DNA of 32,000 nucleotides from Chlamydiales bacterium (GTDB lineage Bacteria; Chlamydiota; Chlamydiia; Chlamydiales; SM23-39): NCBI GenBank assembly GCA_965261025.1, contig OZ253438.1, positions 1,390,119 to 1,422,118 of the forward strand, read 5' to 3'. Shown piece by piece: positions 23,513 to 32,000 of this stretch (position 1 is its first letter; each line of letters starts with the position of its first letter). The notes under the pieces were generated by a model. It saw only the letters and a program-made list of their open reading frames with translations, ran no database searches and was not told where the DNA came from. The position numbers and the translations under genes were made by a program.

Positions 23513-25327
23513 TTAGGTAGAGAGACCTTCACTTCTAAAAAATTGGTAGATTTTTCTAGCCTCTTTCTTCTGCAAAAAAGGCAGTTTTTCGAGATCTTCT
23601 TGGGAGGCGGCTTTAATTTTGGAAATTCCCTTAAAGTGGGTTAGAAGGGCTTCTTTCTTTTTAGGTCCTATCCCTTTTATTTGATCTAAAGAAGAGCTAA
23701 AGAAGTCTTTTTTGTGTCTTTTTCTGTGATAAGAAATAGCTACTCTATGGGCTTCGTCTCGTATCTTTTGCAGAAAAAAAAGGACGGGAGAATTTTTAGC
23801 AAGATATAGAGGTTCTTTCTGATAGGGTAGAAAAATTTTTTCTTGGGTAAGACCCTTGGTATGCAACGAATTTTCTTTAGCTAAGGCTATTACTTCAACA
23901 CTGGCAATGTTTAGCTCTCTAAATACTTCAAGGGCTAGATTAAGCTGTCCTTTTCCTCCGTCTACCACGAGAAGGTCACAGAAAATCTTTTCTTTTTTTA
24001 AGCGGGAAAAATGGCGATGCAAAGCCTCTTTCATAGAGGCATAATCTTCCGAAGTTTTCTTTTTTATTAAAAAATAGCGCTGTTTACTGTTTTCTTTTTT
24101 CCCATTTATGAAGCAGACCAAAGAGGCTACGGGGTTTTGTGATGAGATATGGGACGTATCTAAACATTCAATTCTTCTGGGAAAGCGGCTTAAGCGAAGC
24201 TCTTCTTGAAGTTTCAGTAAAAGAGCTTCTTGAAAGTCTTCTTCTTTTTGTGTTTTTTCAAAGAGAGAAGAAGCGTTTTCATGGGCCATTTCTAAAAGCT
24301 TTTTTTTGTCTTGGGTTTTGGCAACGACAAGACGGATCTTTTCTTGGGAATTTTCCTGGAGAATTTCTTCCACAATCTTTCTATCAGAAAAGGAGAAGGG
24401 AAGGAGAACTTCTTGTACTTCTCTCTTTTTATGATAGTGTTGTAAGAGAAAGGTTTTTACTATTTCTTCCTCTTCAGAGAGAATAGAGGAAAAGAAAAAA
24501 GCTTTGGAAGAAAGCAGCTTTCCTTTTCTGAAAAGGAGTAAAGAAATCATAACTCGATCAGCTTGCCTTTTGAAACCAAGAACGTCTCGGTTGCAAAGAT
24601 CAGGAAGATCCACATGCTGTTTATCCAAAATCTGCTCTACCTGCTCAATGGTTTCTAGGATTTTTTTTGCCTTTTCATATTCAAGATTTTCCGAAGCTTC
24701 TTCCATTTTTTGGTAAAGATCTGATAAGACTTTTTGGTCTTTTCCCAACAAAAAATTTTTCGTCCCTTCCACTAAGAAGTGATAATCGTCTTTACTACAC
24801 TTTTCTACACAGGGAGCTACGCATTTTTTTATCTCATAAAGAAGGCAAGGTCTTTTTCTTCTGACAAATTCTGCATCAGAGCACTGCCTTAGAGGAAATA
24901 CTCGTAGAATAAGGTCGAAAACGTTTCTTGCAGCTTTTGCGCTGGTATAGGGGCCGAATAAATATTTCATCTTTTTGGGCCTTTTCTTAGAACGTAAAAG
25001 CTTTAACATAGGATAAGTATGATGGGTTAAGGCAAGATGGATGAAACTTTTATCATCTTTTAATAAGATGTTGTACTTGGGAGCATGTTTTTTAATGAGA
25101 TTGCTTTCTAAAATAAGGGCTTCTTTTTCGCTTAAGACTAAAAGGGTATCAATGGAGCGAACCTGCTTTAGTAGAAAAGGGATCATCTCTCTTTCATCGC
25201 CCTTTTTCGCAAAGTACTGATGAAGACGGGCTCTTAGATTCTTGGCTTTTCCTACGTAAAGGACCTTTCCTGAAGCGTCTTTCATAAGATAAACGCCTGC
25301 CTTTTTAGGGAAAGAAGAAAGATCCAT
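23513..25327 (-). CDS. uvrC: Excinuclease ABC subunit C
   Basis: It has an N-terminal GIY-YIG block (GVYLMKDASGKVLYVGKAKNLRAR...Y), a central UvrB-interacting/endonuclease region, and a C-terminal (HhH)2 (IKGIGPKKKEALL). The length is 604 aa. Confidence 0.95.
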   Translation of the reverse strand: MDLSSFPKKAGVYLMKDASGKVLYVGKAKNLRARLHQYFAKKGDEREMIPFLLKQVRSIDTLLVLSEKEALILESNLIKKHAPKYNILLKDDKSFIHLALTHHTYPMLKLLRSKKRPKKMKYLFGPYTSAKAARNVFDLILRVFPLRQCSDAEFVRRKRPCLLYEIKKCVAPCVEKCSKDDYHFLVEGTKNFLLGKDQKVLSDLYQKMEEASENLEYEKAKKILETIEQVEQILDKQHVDLPDLCNRDVLGFKRQADRVMISLLLFRKGKLLSSKAFFFSSILSEEEEIVKTFLLQHYHKKREVQEVLLPFSFSDRKIVEEILQENSQEKIRLVVAKTQDKKKLLEMAHENASSLFEKTQKEEDFQEALLLKLQEELRLSRFPRRIECLDTSHISSQNPVASLVCFINGKKENSKQRYFLIKKKTSEDYASMKEALHRHFSRLKKEKIFCDLLVVDGGKGQLNLALEVFRELNIASVEVIALAKENSLHTKGLTQEKIFLPYQKEPLYLAKNSPVLFFLQKIRDEAHRVAISYHRKRHKKDFFSSSLDQIKGIGPKKKEALLTHFKGISKIKAASQEDLEKLPFLQKKEARKIYQFFRSEGLST

Positions 25328-25336
25328 AGTAGGTTT

Positions 25337-27874
25337 TTACCCCTTTTGTATTTCGTAAAGAGTCTGCAAAGCAGATAAAGGACTCATTTGATCTACTTGG
25401 AGTTTCTTGATTTTTTCACATAAAATACAGATCTCTTTTTCTACTAAAGGAAATAAAGTCCCTTGAATAGGAGGCTCTTTTTTCTTTCTTTTCTCGAACA
25501 TTTTGAGTCTTTTTGCTGCAATTTCTAGCATTTTTTCAGGAAGGCCTGCAAGTTTTGCGACATGAATTCCATAGCTTTTATCTGTACCACCTGGGAGGAT
25601 TTTATGTAAAAAAACTATACCTTTAGCAGTTTCTTTCACGGCAACTTGATAATTTTTTACCCCCAGAAAAAGTTTTTCTAATTCGGTGAGTTCCCAGTAG
25701 TGAGTTGCAAATAAGGTTTTTGCCTTTTTTTTCTCTTCTGTAAGCAAAAATTCTGCTACAGCCCAAGCAATAGAGATCCCATCATAAGTGCTAGTTCCCC
25801 TTCCGATTTCATCTAAGATGATTAAGGATGAAGAGGTAGCTTCTTGCAAAATATGAGCTGTTTGCTTCATTTCTACCATAAAAGTAGACTCTCCTTTGGC
25901 AATATCATCAAAAGCGCCTACCCTAGAAAATACTTGATCCACTAGTCCTATTTTTGCTGACTTGGCCGGGATAAAAGAGCCCATTTGAGCTAAAATTACC
26001 AAGAGGGCTACTTGACGGATATAGGTAGATTTTCCGGCCATATTAGGCCCTGTGATGATATACATCGAGGAATCCGAACAGGAGAAAATCGTGTCATTGG
26101 CTATGAAATCTTTATGGAAAAGGGCTCTTTCCAAAATGGGGTGCCTTCCTTGTAAAATCTGTAGATCATAGGAGAGATTCACCTCTGGTTTTGTGTATCC
26201 ATACTCCAAAGCCACCTGGGCTAAAGAACTCAGAGCATCTATATGAGAAACAGAGAGGGCGGTAGAAGTTATAGATGTTAAAAAACAGAGAACTTTTTTC
26301 TTCAGCTCCTCAAATAAAAGCGTTTCTAGGCCGCGGATTTTTCCTTCTGCAGACAGTACCTGGTACTCAAAGGATTTAAGCTCTTCCGTCACATATCTTT
26401 CTGCAGAAGTAAGAGTCTGCCTTCTGATAAAACTGCTAGGAACTTTATCTATTTGTCCTTGGCTTACTTCGATATAATACCCAAAAGCTTTTGTATAACC
26501 CACTTTTAGCGTTTTAATGCCAAACTCTTGGCGGAGGGTTTGCTGATAGTTTGCGATCCATTCTTTGCTTTTTCTTCCGATTTTTCTGAGTTCATCCAGT
26601 TCTTTTGAGTATCCTTCCTTAAAAACCTCTCCTTCAGAAAGACGGTGTGCGGGATTTTCTAAAAGGGCTCTATCCAAAAGAGCAACAAGTTCTGGAAGAG
26701 GAAGAAGATTTTTCTTATGTTCCTTTAGTAGAGAGGAGTGCCTCTTTTCTAAAGCCTCTTCAAGGCAGGGAATCTTTTGCAGGGAACTTTTTAAACAGAC
26801 GAGATCCTTAGCAGAAGCATAATGATTTTCTATTTTTGCTAAAATTCTAGGAAGATCACGAATGTTTTTTAGCTCTTTTTGTAGTTTTAGGAGAAGGGAA
26901 GGGGTGTTCAATAACTCCTCTATGCTTTGTTGTCTTTTTTCGATTGCTTTTAGGTTAAAAAGGGGTCTTTTTACCCAGGTGGCCAAAAGCCTTCCTCCCA
27001 TAGGAGTTTTGGTTTTATCGAGAAGACCGAGGAGAGAAAAGTCTTTTTTTTCCCTAGGCAAGATATCTAAATTTTCTAAGCTAGTTCTATCTATGGACAT
27101 GTAAGAAGAGAGCTCTTCTTTTTCTCCCTTTTTTATTGAAGAAAGAGAGAGCCGCATCTCTTTTTCCAAATAATAAAAAAGAGCCACAGCGGCTAAAAAG
27201 GCAGAGGGAAATTTCTGTAGAAAAGAAAGATCCAAAGAAAGTTCTTTCGTAAAAGAGCTATCGAAATAGGTATCTTCTTTTACTGTCAAAAGAAAGGGAA
27301 AGCTATAGGAGAGCTCCTCTAGAAAAAAAGAATATTTTTTTTGAAATGAATGAGACACTAAAAGCTCAGCAGGGGAAAGACGAAAAAGTTCATCTAAGAG
27401 TTTGTTTTTTTCCTCAAGCTGTAAAAACCGAAACTCTGAAGTGCTTAAATCCAGAAGAATCAATCCAAATACAGAGTCTTTTTCATAAAGAGAGACAAAA
27501 AAATTATTTCTTTTCTCTTCTAAAAGAGAGGAAGAAAACAAAGTAGCAGGACTGACTATTCGAGTAATCTTGCGAGTCATAAGACCCTTTCCTTGACAAA
27601 GGCTTTGTACCTGATCAGCGATGGCTACCTTAAAGCCTTTTTGTAAAAGTTTATCCAGATAATTTTCATGGGCGTGAACCGGGACTCCACACATAGGGAT
27701 CCCCTGCCTTTGTGTTAGGGTAAGCTGCAAAGTATTTGCTAAAATTTCAGCATCCTCATAAAAAGCCTCAAAAAAATCTCCCAAACGAAAGAATAAAAGG
27801 GCTTCTTTTGCTTGTTTTTTGCAGTTAGACCACTGTTGCATCATAGGGGTCTGTTCGGAAAAAGGTTTCATCAT
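25337..27874 (-). CDS. mutS: DNA mismatch repair protein MutS
   Basis: It has the N-terminal mismatch-binding block TPMMQQW...LFFRLGDFFEAFYEDA, Walker A GPNMAGKST and Walker B LIILDEIGRGTSTYDG. The length is 845 aa. Confidence 0.95.
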   Translation of the reverse strand: MMKPFSEQTPMMQQWSNCKKQAKEALLFFRLGDFFEAFYEDAEILANTLQLTLTQRQGIPMCGVPVHAHENYLDKLLQKGFKVAIADQVQSLCQGKGLMTRKITRIVSPATLFSSSLLEEKRNNFFVSLYEKDSVFGLILLDLSTSEFRFLQLEEKNKLLDELFRLSPAELLVSHSFQKKYSFFLEELSYSFPFLLTVKEDTYFDSSFTKELSLDLSFLQKFPSAFLAAVALFYYLEKEMRLSLSSIKKGEKEELSSYMSIDRTSLENLDILPREKKDFSLLGLLDKTKTPMGGRLLATWVKRPLFNLKAIEKRQQSIEELLNTPSLLLKLQKELKNIRDLPRILAKIENHYASAKDLVCLKSSLQKIPCLEEALEKRHSSLLKEHKKNLLPLPELVALLDRALLENPAHRLSEGEVFKEGYSKELDELRKIGRKSKEWIANYQQTLRQEFGIKTLKVGYTKAFGYYIEVSQGQIDKVPSSFIRRQTLTSAERYVTEELKSFEYQVLSAEGKIRGLETLLFEELKKKVLCFLTSITSTALSVSHIDALSSLAQVALEYGYTKPEVNLSYDLQILQGRHPILERALFHKDFIANDTIFSCSDSSMYIITGPNMAGKSTYIRQVALLVILAQMGSFIPAKSAKIGLVDQVFSRVGAFDDIAKGESTFMVEMKQTAHILQEATSSSLIILDEIGRGTSTYDGISIAWAVAEFLLTEEKKKAKTLFATHYWELTELEKLFLGVKNYQVAVKETAKGIVFLHKILPGGTDKSYGIHVAKLAGLPEKMLEIAAKRLKMFEKRKKKEPPIQGTLFPLVEKEICILCEKIKKLQVDQMSPLSALQTLYEIQKG

Positions 27875-27938
27875 TTCTCCTGGTCTAGATCTTTAGTATT
27901 TCGATAGGGTATCTTATAGGGGCAGTTTTCTAAAAGGG

Positions 27939-28706
27939 TTGGCTTTGATGTTTGAGTTTTTCTCTAAAAAAAGAAAAAAAGAGGTAACGATTGCTACTTC
28001 TTGCTGGGAGAAAGACTGGAGATACGTATTGCAAGGGAAGAGTTTACAGGAAAATATAGAAAAGCATCAGTTTGCTTTTTCTGAAAGACTTCTTGTAATT
28101 AACAATGTATTAAATCAAGAAGAGGTTTGGAAAAAAGCCGAAGAGTTGGAAAAGAAACAAATCCTTACTAAAATTGTATCTTCTCAAAAAAAAGAAAAAG
28201 AGGTTCTTTCTTTTTTCTCCTTAACAAAAGAGGAGTTCCTAGCTAATGATACAAGAGAAGAGTACCAAGTAGACAACGAGTGGATTTTCTATAACTCTTT
28301 AGCTCCTCTTACTGCGATTTATTTTTGTAAAACCCCCTACCTTTTATATTTTACCCCAGATGCTTATCTAAAAAAACCCCTTTCCTGGATAGAAAAGGCC
28401 CTTTTTCTTTTGGAAAAGGACAAAACCTATAAAGTAGCAAATCCTTTGTGGAATGAAAGGAAAAGGGAAGCAAAGAAGGAGTCTTTGCAAAAAAAAAGAG
28501 GATTTTGGGTCTCAAAGGAAGGCTTTTCTGATCAGATGTTTCTAGTAAAGACAGAAGATTTTCAAAAGCCGATCTATTCCGAAGTCGGGGAGTGTACAAA
28601 AAAGTTTCCAAGAGGAGAGGTTTTTGAAAAGAGGGTCTATATCCATCTAAAAAACCAAGGATATAAAAGGCTTATCTTTAGTAAGGGCTCTTATTATCAC
28701 ACTTAG
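27939..28706 (+). CDS. Hypothetical protein (no family recognised)
   Basis: The 255-aa ORF has a TTG start at 27939, with an alternative ATG at 27948. It has coding-like composition and is divergent from mutS. I saw no diagnostic motif. Confidence 0.5.
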   Translation: MALMFEFFSKKRKKEVTIATSCWEKDWRYVLQGKSLQENIEKHQFAFSERLLVINNVLNQEEVWKKAEELEKKQILTKIVSSQKKEKEVLSFFSLTKEEFLANDTREEYQVDNEWIFYNSLAPLTAIYFCKTPYLLYFTPDAYLKKPLSWIEKALFLLEKDKTYKVANPLWNERKREAKKESLQKKRGFWVSKEGFSDQMFLVKTEDFQKPIYSEVGECTKKFPRGEVFEKRVYIHLKNQGYKRLIFSKGSYYHT

Positions 28707-30036
28707 TTTCTTTCTTTACTGCTAAGAAATACTCTTCTGGGCCTTGTCCTTCATTGGGGAGCTCTGAAGCACTTTTACCTATACTTTGTAAAAATTGTAT
28801 TAGAACCTCCTTGGTGACCACTTGTTTATTCTGGATGGAGTTTTCTTGGCTTTGCGGTTTTTTGACCCTTGCTCCCTTTTTAGGTATTAGAAGCTGTGTT
28901 GTTGTCGGGTTTTTACGTCTTGGTTGTACGAAATTGAGAGAATAGGATCTCCATTGGTATTTCTTTAGAAAGGCTTTGTAGGTCTTTTGAAACTTTTTAA
29001 GCTCATCAGAAGAGAAAGGATAAACCGATGTAAGATCACTTATCAGAGGGGTTATAATAACGCTAAAAAAAGCGAAGGGATTCGTGCAAAGAAGCTCTTC
29101 TAACCACTCTTGAGGGATTTTTTCAGCGATTAAGGGGGCCTTTTCAGAAACGACCCTTGGTTGTTCTTCCAAGAGTTGAAAGAAATTCTTTTTTTTGCGT
29201 TCTATAGCCTCTGGAGACCCTTCCGGGCTAAAAATAAGATGATCCAAAAGACTGTAGCTATCTATCGTTACTGTATTCTTATCTCTATCTACTCTGGGAG
29301 TAGTGGTGATATTTGGATCGTTTTCTTTAGGCCTTTGTAAGTCAGTTAAGCGAGCCAAAAGCTGCACACGTAATAGAGGATCTAACTTATTTAGCCAGTC
29401 TTTTGGGATTTTTTGTAATTGAGTTCCTGATAAGTAAGTAATTTCGGCAAGCTCTGGCCATGTTTTCAAAAAGAGCAAAAAAATCGTTTTCCTATCTTCT
29501 GGCCTTTTAGATAGTTCTTTTGGATCGATTACTTCCATCCATGCCTGGATAAGATCCTCAGGGGTTACCTTGGCATTTTTAGAAGGGGAGGCAGGGGAAG
29601 TATTTGAGTCCTGTGCGTTTAATCCCTCTGGCTTTAATGAGATGATTTCTTTGTTCTTTTTAGAACCTAGGTCCTTAGACTTTTGCCTTACAGAAGAGGG
29701 CAAATCTACAGAGCTTTTTTTCTGAGAAAGAAGGTATATATCTACCGCTAAGTTTATTAGCATAACTCCTTTGCTCCAAAAAGGAATAAATAGCAGAACA
29801 CTTCGTTTTACAATTTGAGAGGTATCTACTTGTTTGATTCTTCCTAAAAATTTTTCTTTTATTTCTCGACCCATAACCCAGGCGCTAATGGCAGGGCTGA
29901 GAAAAATAGTGGGGGTAAGAGCAGGAAAAGCAAAAGTTGCTAGATAAGGGATATAATCCAACAAAGCAGGGGGAATAGGCCCAGCGCTTCCCTTCTCAGA
30001 TTGAAAAAAGTGCTTATAGATAGATTGTATATTCAT
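28678..30036 (-). CDS. Hypothetical protein with two N-terminal hydrophobic lobes and a Ser/Lys/Pro-rich linker (candidate Inc-like or effector protein)
   Basis: The 452-aa ORF has hydrophobic segments PALLDYIPYLATFAFPALTPTIFLSPAISAWVMG (aa about 23-56) and SVLLFIPFWSKGVMLINLAVDIYLL (aa about 79-103). These are followed by a low-complexity region (SSVDLPSSVRQKSKDLGSKKNK...NTSPASPSKNAK). I recognise no family. Confidence 0.6.
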   Translation of the reverse strand: MNIQSIYKHFFQSEKGSAGPIPPALLDYIPYLATFAFPALTPTIFLSPAISAWVMGREIKEKFLGRIKQVDTSQIVKRSVLLFIPFWSKGVMLINLAVDIYLLSQKKSSVDLPSSVRQKSKDLGSKKNKEIISLKPEGLNAQDSNTSPASPSKNAKVTPEDLIQAWMEVIDPKELSKRPEDRKTIFLLFLKTWPELAEITYLSGTQLQKIPKDWLNKLDPLLRVQLLARLTDLQRPKENDPNITTTPRVDRDKNTVTIDSYSLLDHLIFSPEGSPEAIERKKKNFFQLLEEQPRVVSEKAPLIAEKIPQEWLEELLCTNPFAFFSVIITPLISDLTSVYPFSSDELKKFQKTYKAFLKKYQWRSYSLNFVQPRRKNPTTTQLLIPKKGARVKKPQSQENSIQNKQVVTKEVLIQFLQSIGKSASELPNEGQGPEEYFLAVKKETKCDNKSPY

Positions 30037-30147
30037 GAAGGGACGATTTTATAGGAAAATAGAATAAAAGAGTGATTACAAATTTTTTTTGAAAAGAAAA
30101 GCTAATTTCTCTTATTTCGTATCTTGAACTTCAGGCCTTTCCATTCT

Positions 30148-30924
30148 TTAGGGTCTAAAAAAAATTCTACGGATTTTATTTTTTCCCCACTGAAAAAATC
30201 CGGAGTGTTCTTGGGTGAACCACCAGGAAATGGCCTTAGTCAGACCAAAATAGTGAAAGATTAACCGAAACGTCTCAAAGGCATATCCCATTACCTGGAA
30301 GGAAGAGGCTTTTATGGGTTCATAATCTACTACCACCCTTCGAAAAGCGGAAAAACGACAGTCTTTATTTAGAAAAACACGGCATAAAAAATCAAGACCA
30401 GGCCTTTTCTCGAATCTAGGATTAAACTGTCCGACTTTAGAAAAGATTTTTTTCGAAAACCAACAACACTGTAGCCGGGTAGGAACTTTTCCTTTTTGTA
30501 AAAACTCTGAGCTCATAGGATAGGAAATAACCGTGGGGGGTCTTTTTTCATCTCGCAAAAGAAAAGAGCCATAAATGAGATCACAGTGAGGTTTTTTTTC
30601 TATTTCTCCTTTGACATATTCGAGCCCTCTCTTAGAAAGATAAAAGTCCCCAGGTTGCAGAATATGGATGTACTCTCCTTGTACTTTGTCGATGGCACCA
30701 TTTAATAAATCTGCCAGATGAGCTTCTCGAGGATAGGAGAGAAAGGTAACCTTGTTTTTCCTTTTTTCCGCTATTTTGTGAATCGTTTCAGAAGGCTCTT
30801 TTTCTAGGATAAAAACTTCATAGGAAGAGAAAGTTTGCTGGAAGATACTTTCTAAACTCCAATGAGCCATATAGACAAAATCTGAAAGAATAAGACAGAT
30901 TGAAAAAAAGGGCCTCTCTTCCAT
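30148..30924 (-). CDS. Glycosyltransferase family 2-like protein with degenerate acidic motifs
   Basis: The N-terminus FSICLILSDFVYMAHWSLESIFQQTFSSYEVFILEKEPSE mimics the GT2 opening (S[IV]IIP.YN....L...L.S...Q....EIIVVDDGS.D). I prefer the ATG at 30924 (AGGA 5 nt upstream) over the TTG at 30972 used by the ORF track. Confidence 0.5.
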   Translation of the reverse strand: MEERPFFSICLILSDFVYMAHWSLESIFQQTFSSYEVFILEKEPSETIHKIAEKRKNKVTFLSYPREAHLADLLNGAIDKVQGEYIHILQPGDFYLSKRGLEYVKGEIEKKPHCDLIYGSFLLRDEKRPPTVISYPMSSEFLQKGKVPTRLQCCWFSKKIFSKVGQFNPRFEKRPGLDFLCRVFLNKDCRFSAFRRVVVDYEPIKASSFQVMGYAFETFRLIFHYFGLTKAISWWFTQEHSGFFQWGKNKIRRIFFRP

Positions 30925-30990
30925 AAAAATCCTGTTTGCCCTAAGATGTCCCAAGCGGTATATCCGTGTCAACGCCGAAGGGGTTTTCGT

Positions 30991-32000
30991 TTGTCTTATC
31001 TCCTTAGTTCTTTAAAACCTATTATTTCTTTGTGTAAAAGGAGAGGATTTATCTTCCCAGGATCAGAAGTTTATGGGGGATTTGCCAACACCTACTCTTA
31101 CGGTCCTTACGGCTCTTTTTTAAAAAAAAATATTAAAGACCTTTGGTGGGACTTTTTCATTCAGAAAAGAGAAAATATTTTTCCTATAGATGGCCCCATC
31201 TTACTTCATCCCAAAACGTGGGTGGCTTCTGAACATCTAACTAACTTTAATGACTCCCTTATCGATTGCAAGGAGTGTAAGTCTCGGTTTCGCGCAGATC
31301 ATTTAATAGAAAAGCAGTTTTCTCTATCCGTTGAGGGAAAGCCTTTAGAAGAGATTTCCTCTATTGTACAAGAGAAAATTTTCTGCCCTAAATGTGGAAA
31401 AAAAGATTGGACGGAGGCTAGATATTTTAACTTAATGTTTCCAACGCAGATGAATAAAACCTCTTCTTCTGGAGAAGATATTTGTTATCTTCGTCCTGAA
31501 ACAGCACAGGCCCTTTTTTTAGAGTTCAAAAATATCTTAGATTCTATGAGAGTAAAACTTCCCTTCGGGCTTGCCCAGATAGGGAAGGCTTTTCGTAATG
31601 AAATTACTCCGGGTAATTTTATTTTTCGTACCATTGAATTTGAGCAGATGGAAATTGAGTATTTCTTTGAAGAAAAGGCCTGGCAATCAGAGTTTTCTTA
31701 TTGGCTTGAACAAATGTATGCTTGGTGTGATTTGATAGGGCTGAAAAAAGAGCATGTTCATGAAAAAGAACATGAGGTAGAAAACCTTTCTCATTATTCA
31801 AAGAAAACCCTTGATATTACCTACGACTTTCCTTTTGGAAACCAGGAACTTTATGGTCTTGCATACCGAGGGGATTTTGATTTGAAGCAGCACATAGAAC
31901 ACGCTAAGGCTGCCTTTTATTACCAAGATTTAGAGAAAAAAGAAAAATTCATTCCCCATGTAATAGAGCCTACCTTTGGACTAGATAGAACCATTTTAGC
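30991..32000 (+). CDS. glyQS: Glycine--tRNA ligase, dimeric (alpha2, GlyQS/eukaryote-like) type, 3'-truncated by the window edge; not in the ORF track
   Basis: Hand translation of frame 1 is open from 30904 to the window end. It reads ...IISLCKRRGFIFPGSEVYGGFANTYSYGPYGSFLKKNIKDLWWDFF...HPKTWVASEHLTNFNDSLIDCKECKSRFRADHL...YLRPETAQALFLEFKN...LPFGLAQIGKAFRNEITPGNFIFRTIEFEQMEIEYF...HVIEPTFGLDR. These are class II motifs and the GlyRS alpha2 signature. Candidate starts are TTG 30991 (AAGGGG upstream) and ATG 30946. Confidence 0.9.
   Translation, partial: MSYLLSSLKPIISLCKRRGFIFPGSEVYGGFANTYSYGPYGSFLKKNIKDLWWDFFIQKRENIFPIDGPILLHPKTWVASEHLTNFNDSLIDCKECKSRFRADHLIEKQFSLSVEGKPLEEISSIVQEKIFCPKCGKKDWTEARYFNLMFPTQMNKTSSSGEDICYLRPETAQALFLEFKNILDSMRVKLPFGLAQIGKAFRNEITPGNFIFRTIEFEQMEIEYFFEEKAWQSEFSYWLEQMYAWCDLIGLKKEHVHEKEHEVENLSHYSKKTLDITYDFPFGNQELYGLAYRGDFDLKQHIEHAKAAFYYQDLEKKEKFIPHVIEPTFGLDRTIL

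Noticed and set aside
30925-30972. The ORF-track TTG start at 30972 for the GT2-like gene adds 16 aa (MTRIYRLGHLRANRIF).
   Set aside because: There is no SD upstream of it, and it would overlap the divergent glyQS reading frame and promoter space. The internal ATG at 30924 has AGGA at the correct spacing.

Overview
This is a densely packed, low-GC bacterial window with about 34 protein genes, many start/stop overlaps, and no rRNA, tRNA, CRISPR, transposase or integrase that I could find. The content and gene order point to a member of the Chlamydiota, probably a Chlamydia-like lineage. Supporting features are a plastid-type soluble glycerol-3-P acyltransferase next to an M16 insulinase and RNase G, a yceD-rpmF-plsX cluster, pcnB-lpxB, tyrP, and a DsbA-like/DsbB pair. 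The layout rpmH-rnpA divergent from Cys-less rpmJ-rpsN, followed by uvrC-mutS, matches what I recall of C. trachomatis CT806-811 and CT784-792. That recollection is from memory and not verified. Three ribosomal genes are absent from or mis-started in the ORF track: rpmF (7927-8106), rpmH (19454-19588) and rpmJ (22021-22158). A dimeric-type glycyl-tRNA synthetase running off the 3' edge (about 30991-32000) is also absent from the track. The stand-out accessory gene is a 677-aa ORF (19809-21842) combining two N-terminal hydrophobic helices, about 10 leucine-rich repeats and an IpaH/SspH-like NEL E3 ubiquitin-ligase domain with a C-x-D motif. It appears wedged into the otherwise conserved ribosomal-protein locus and carries a near-perfect 63-bp tandem duplication. 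Other candidates are two orphan membrane-anchored proteins with possible effector or Inc-like features, a mini DTW/Tsr3-like protein, a tdk islet, and a 425-nt unexplained non-coding region. All homology calls are by-eye motif recognition. No searches were run.
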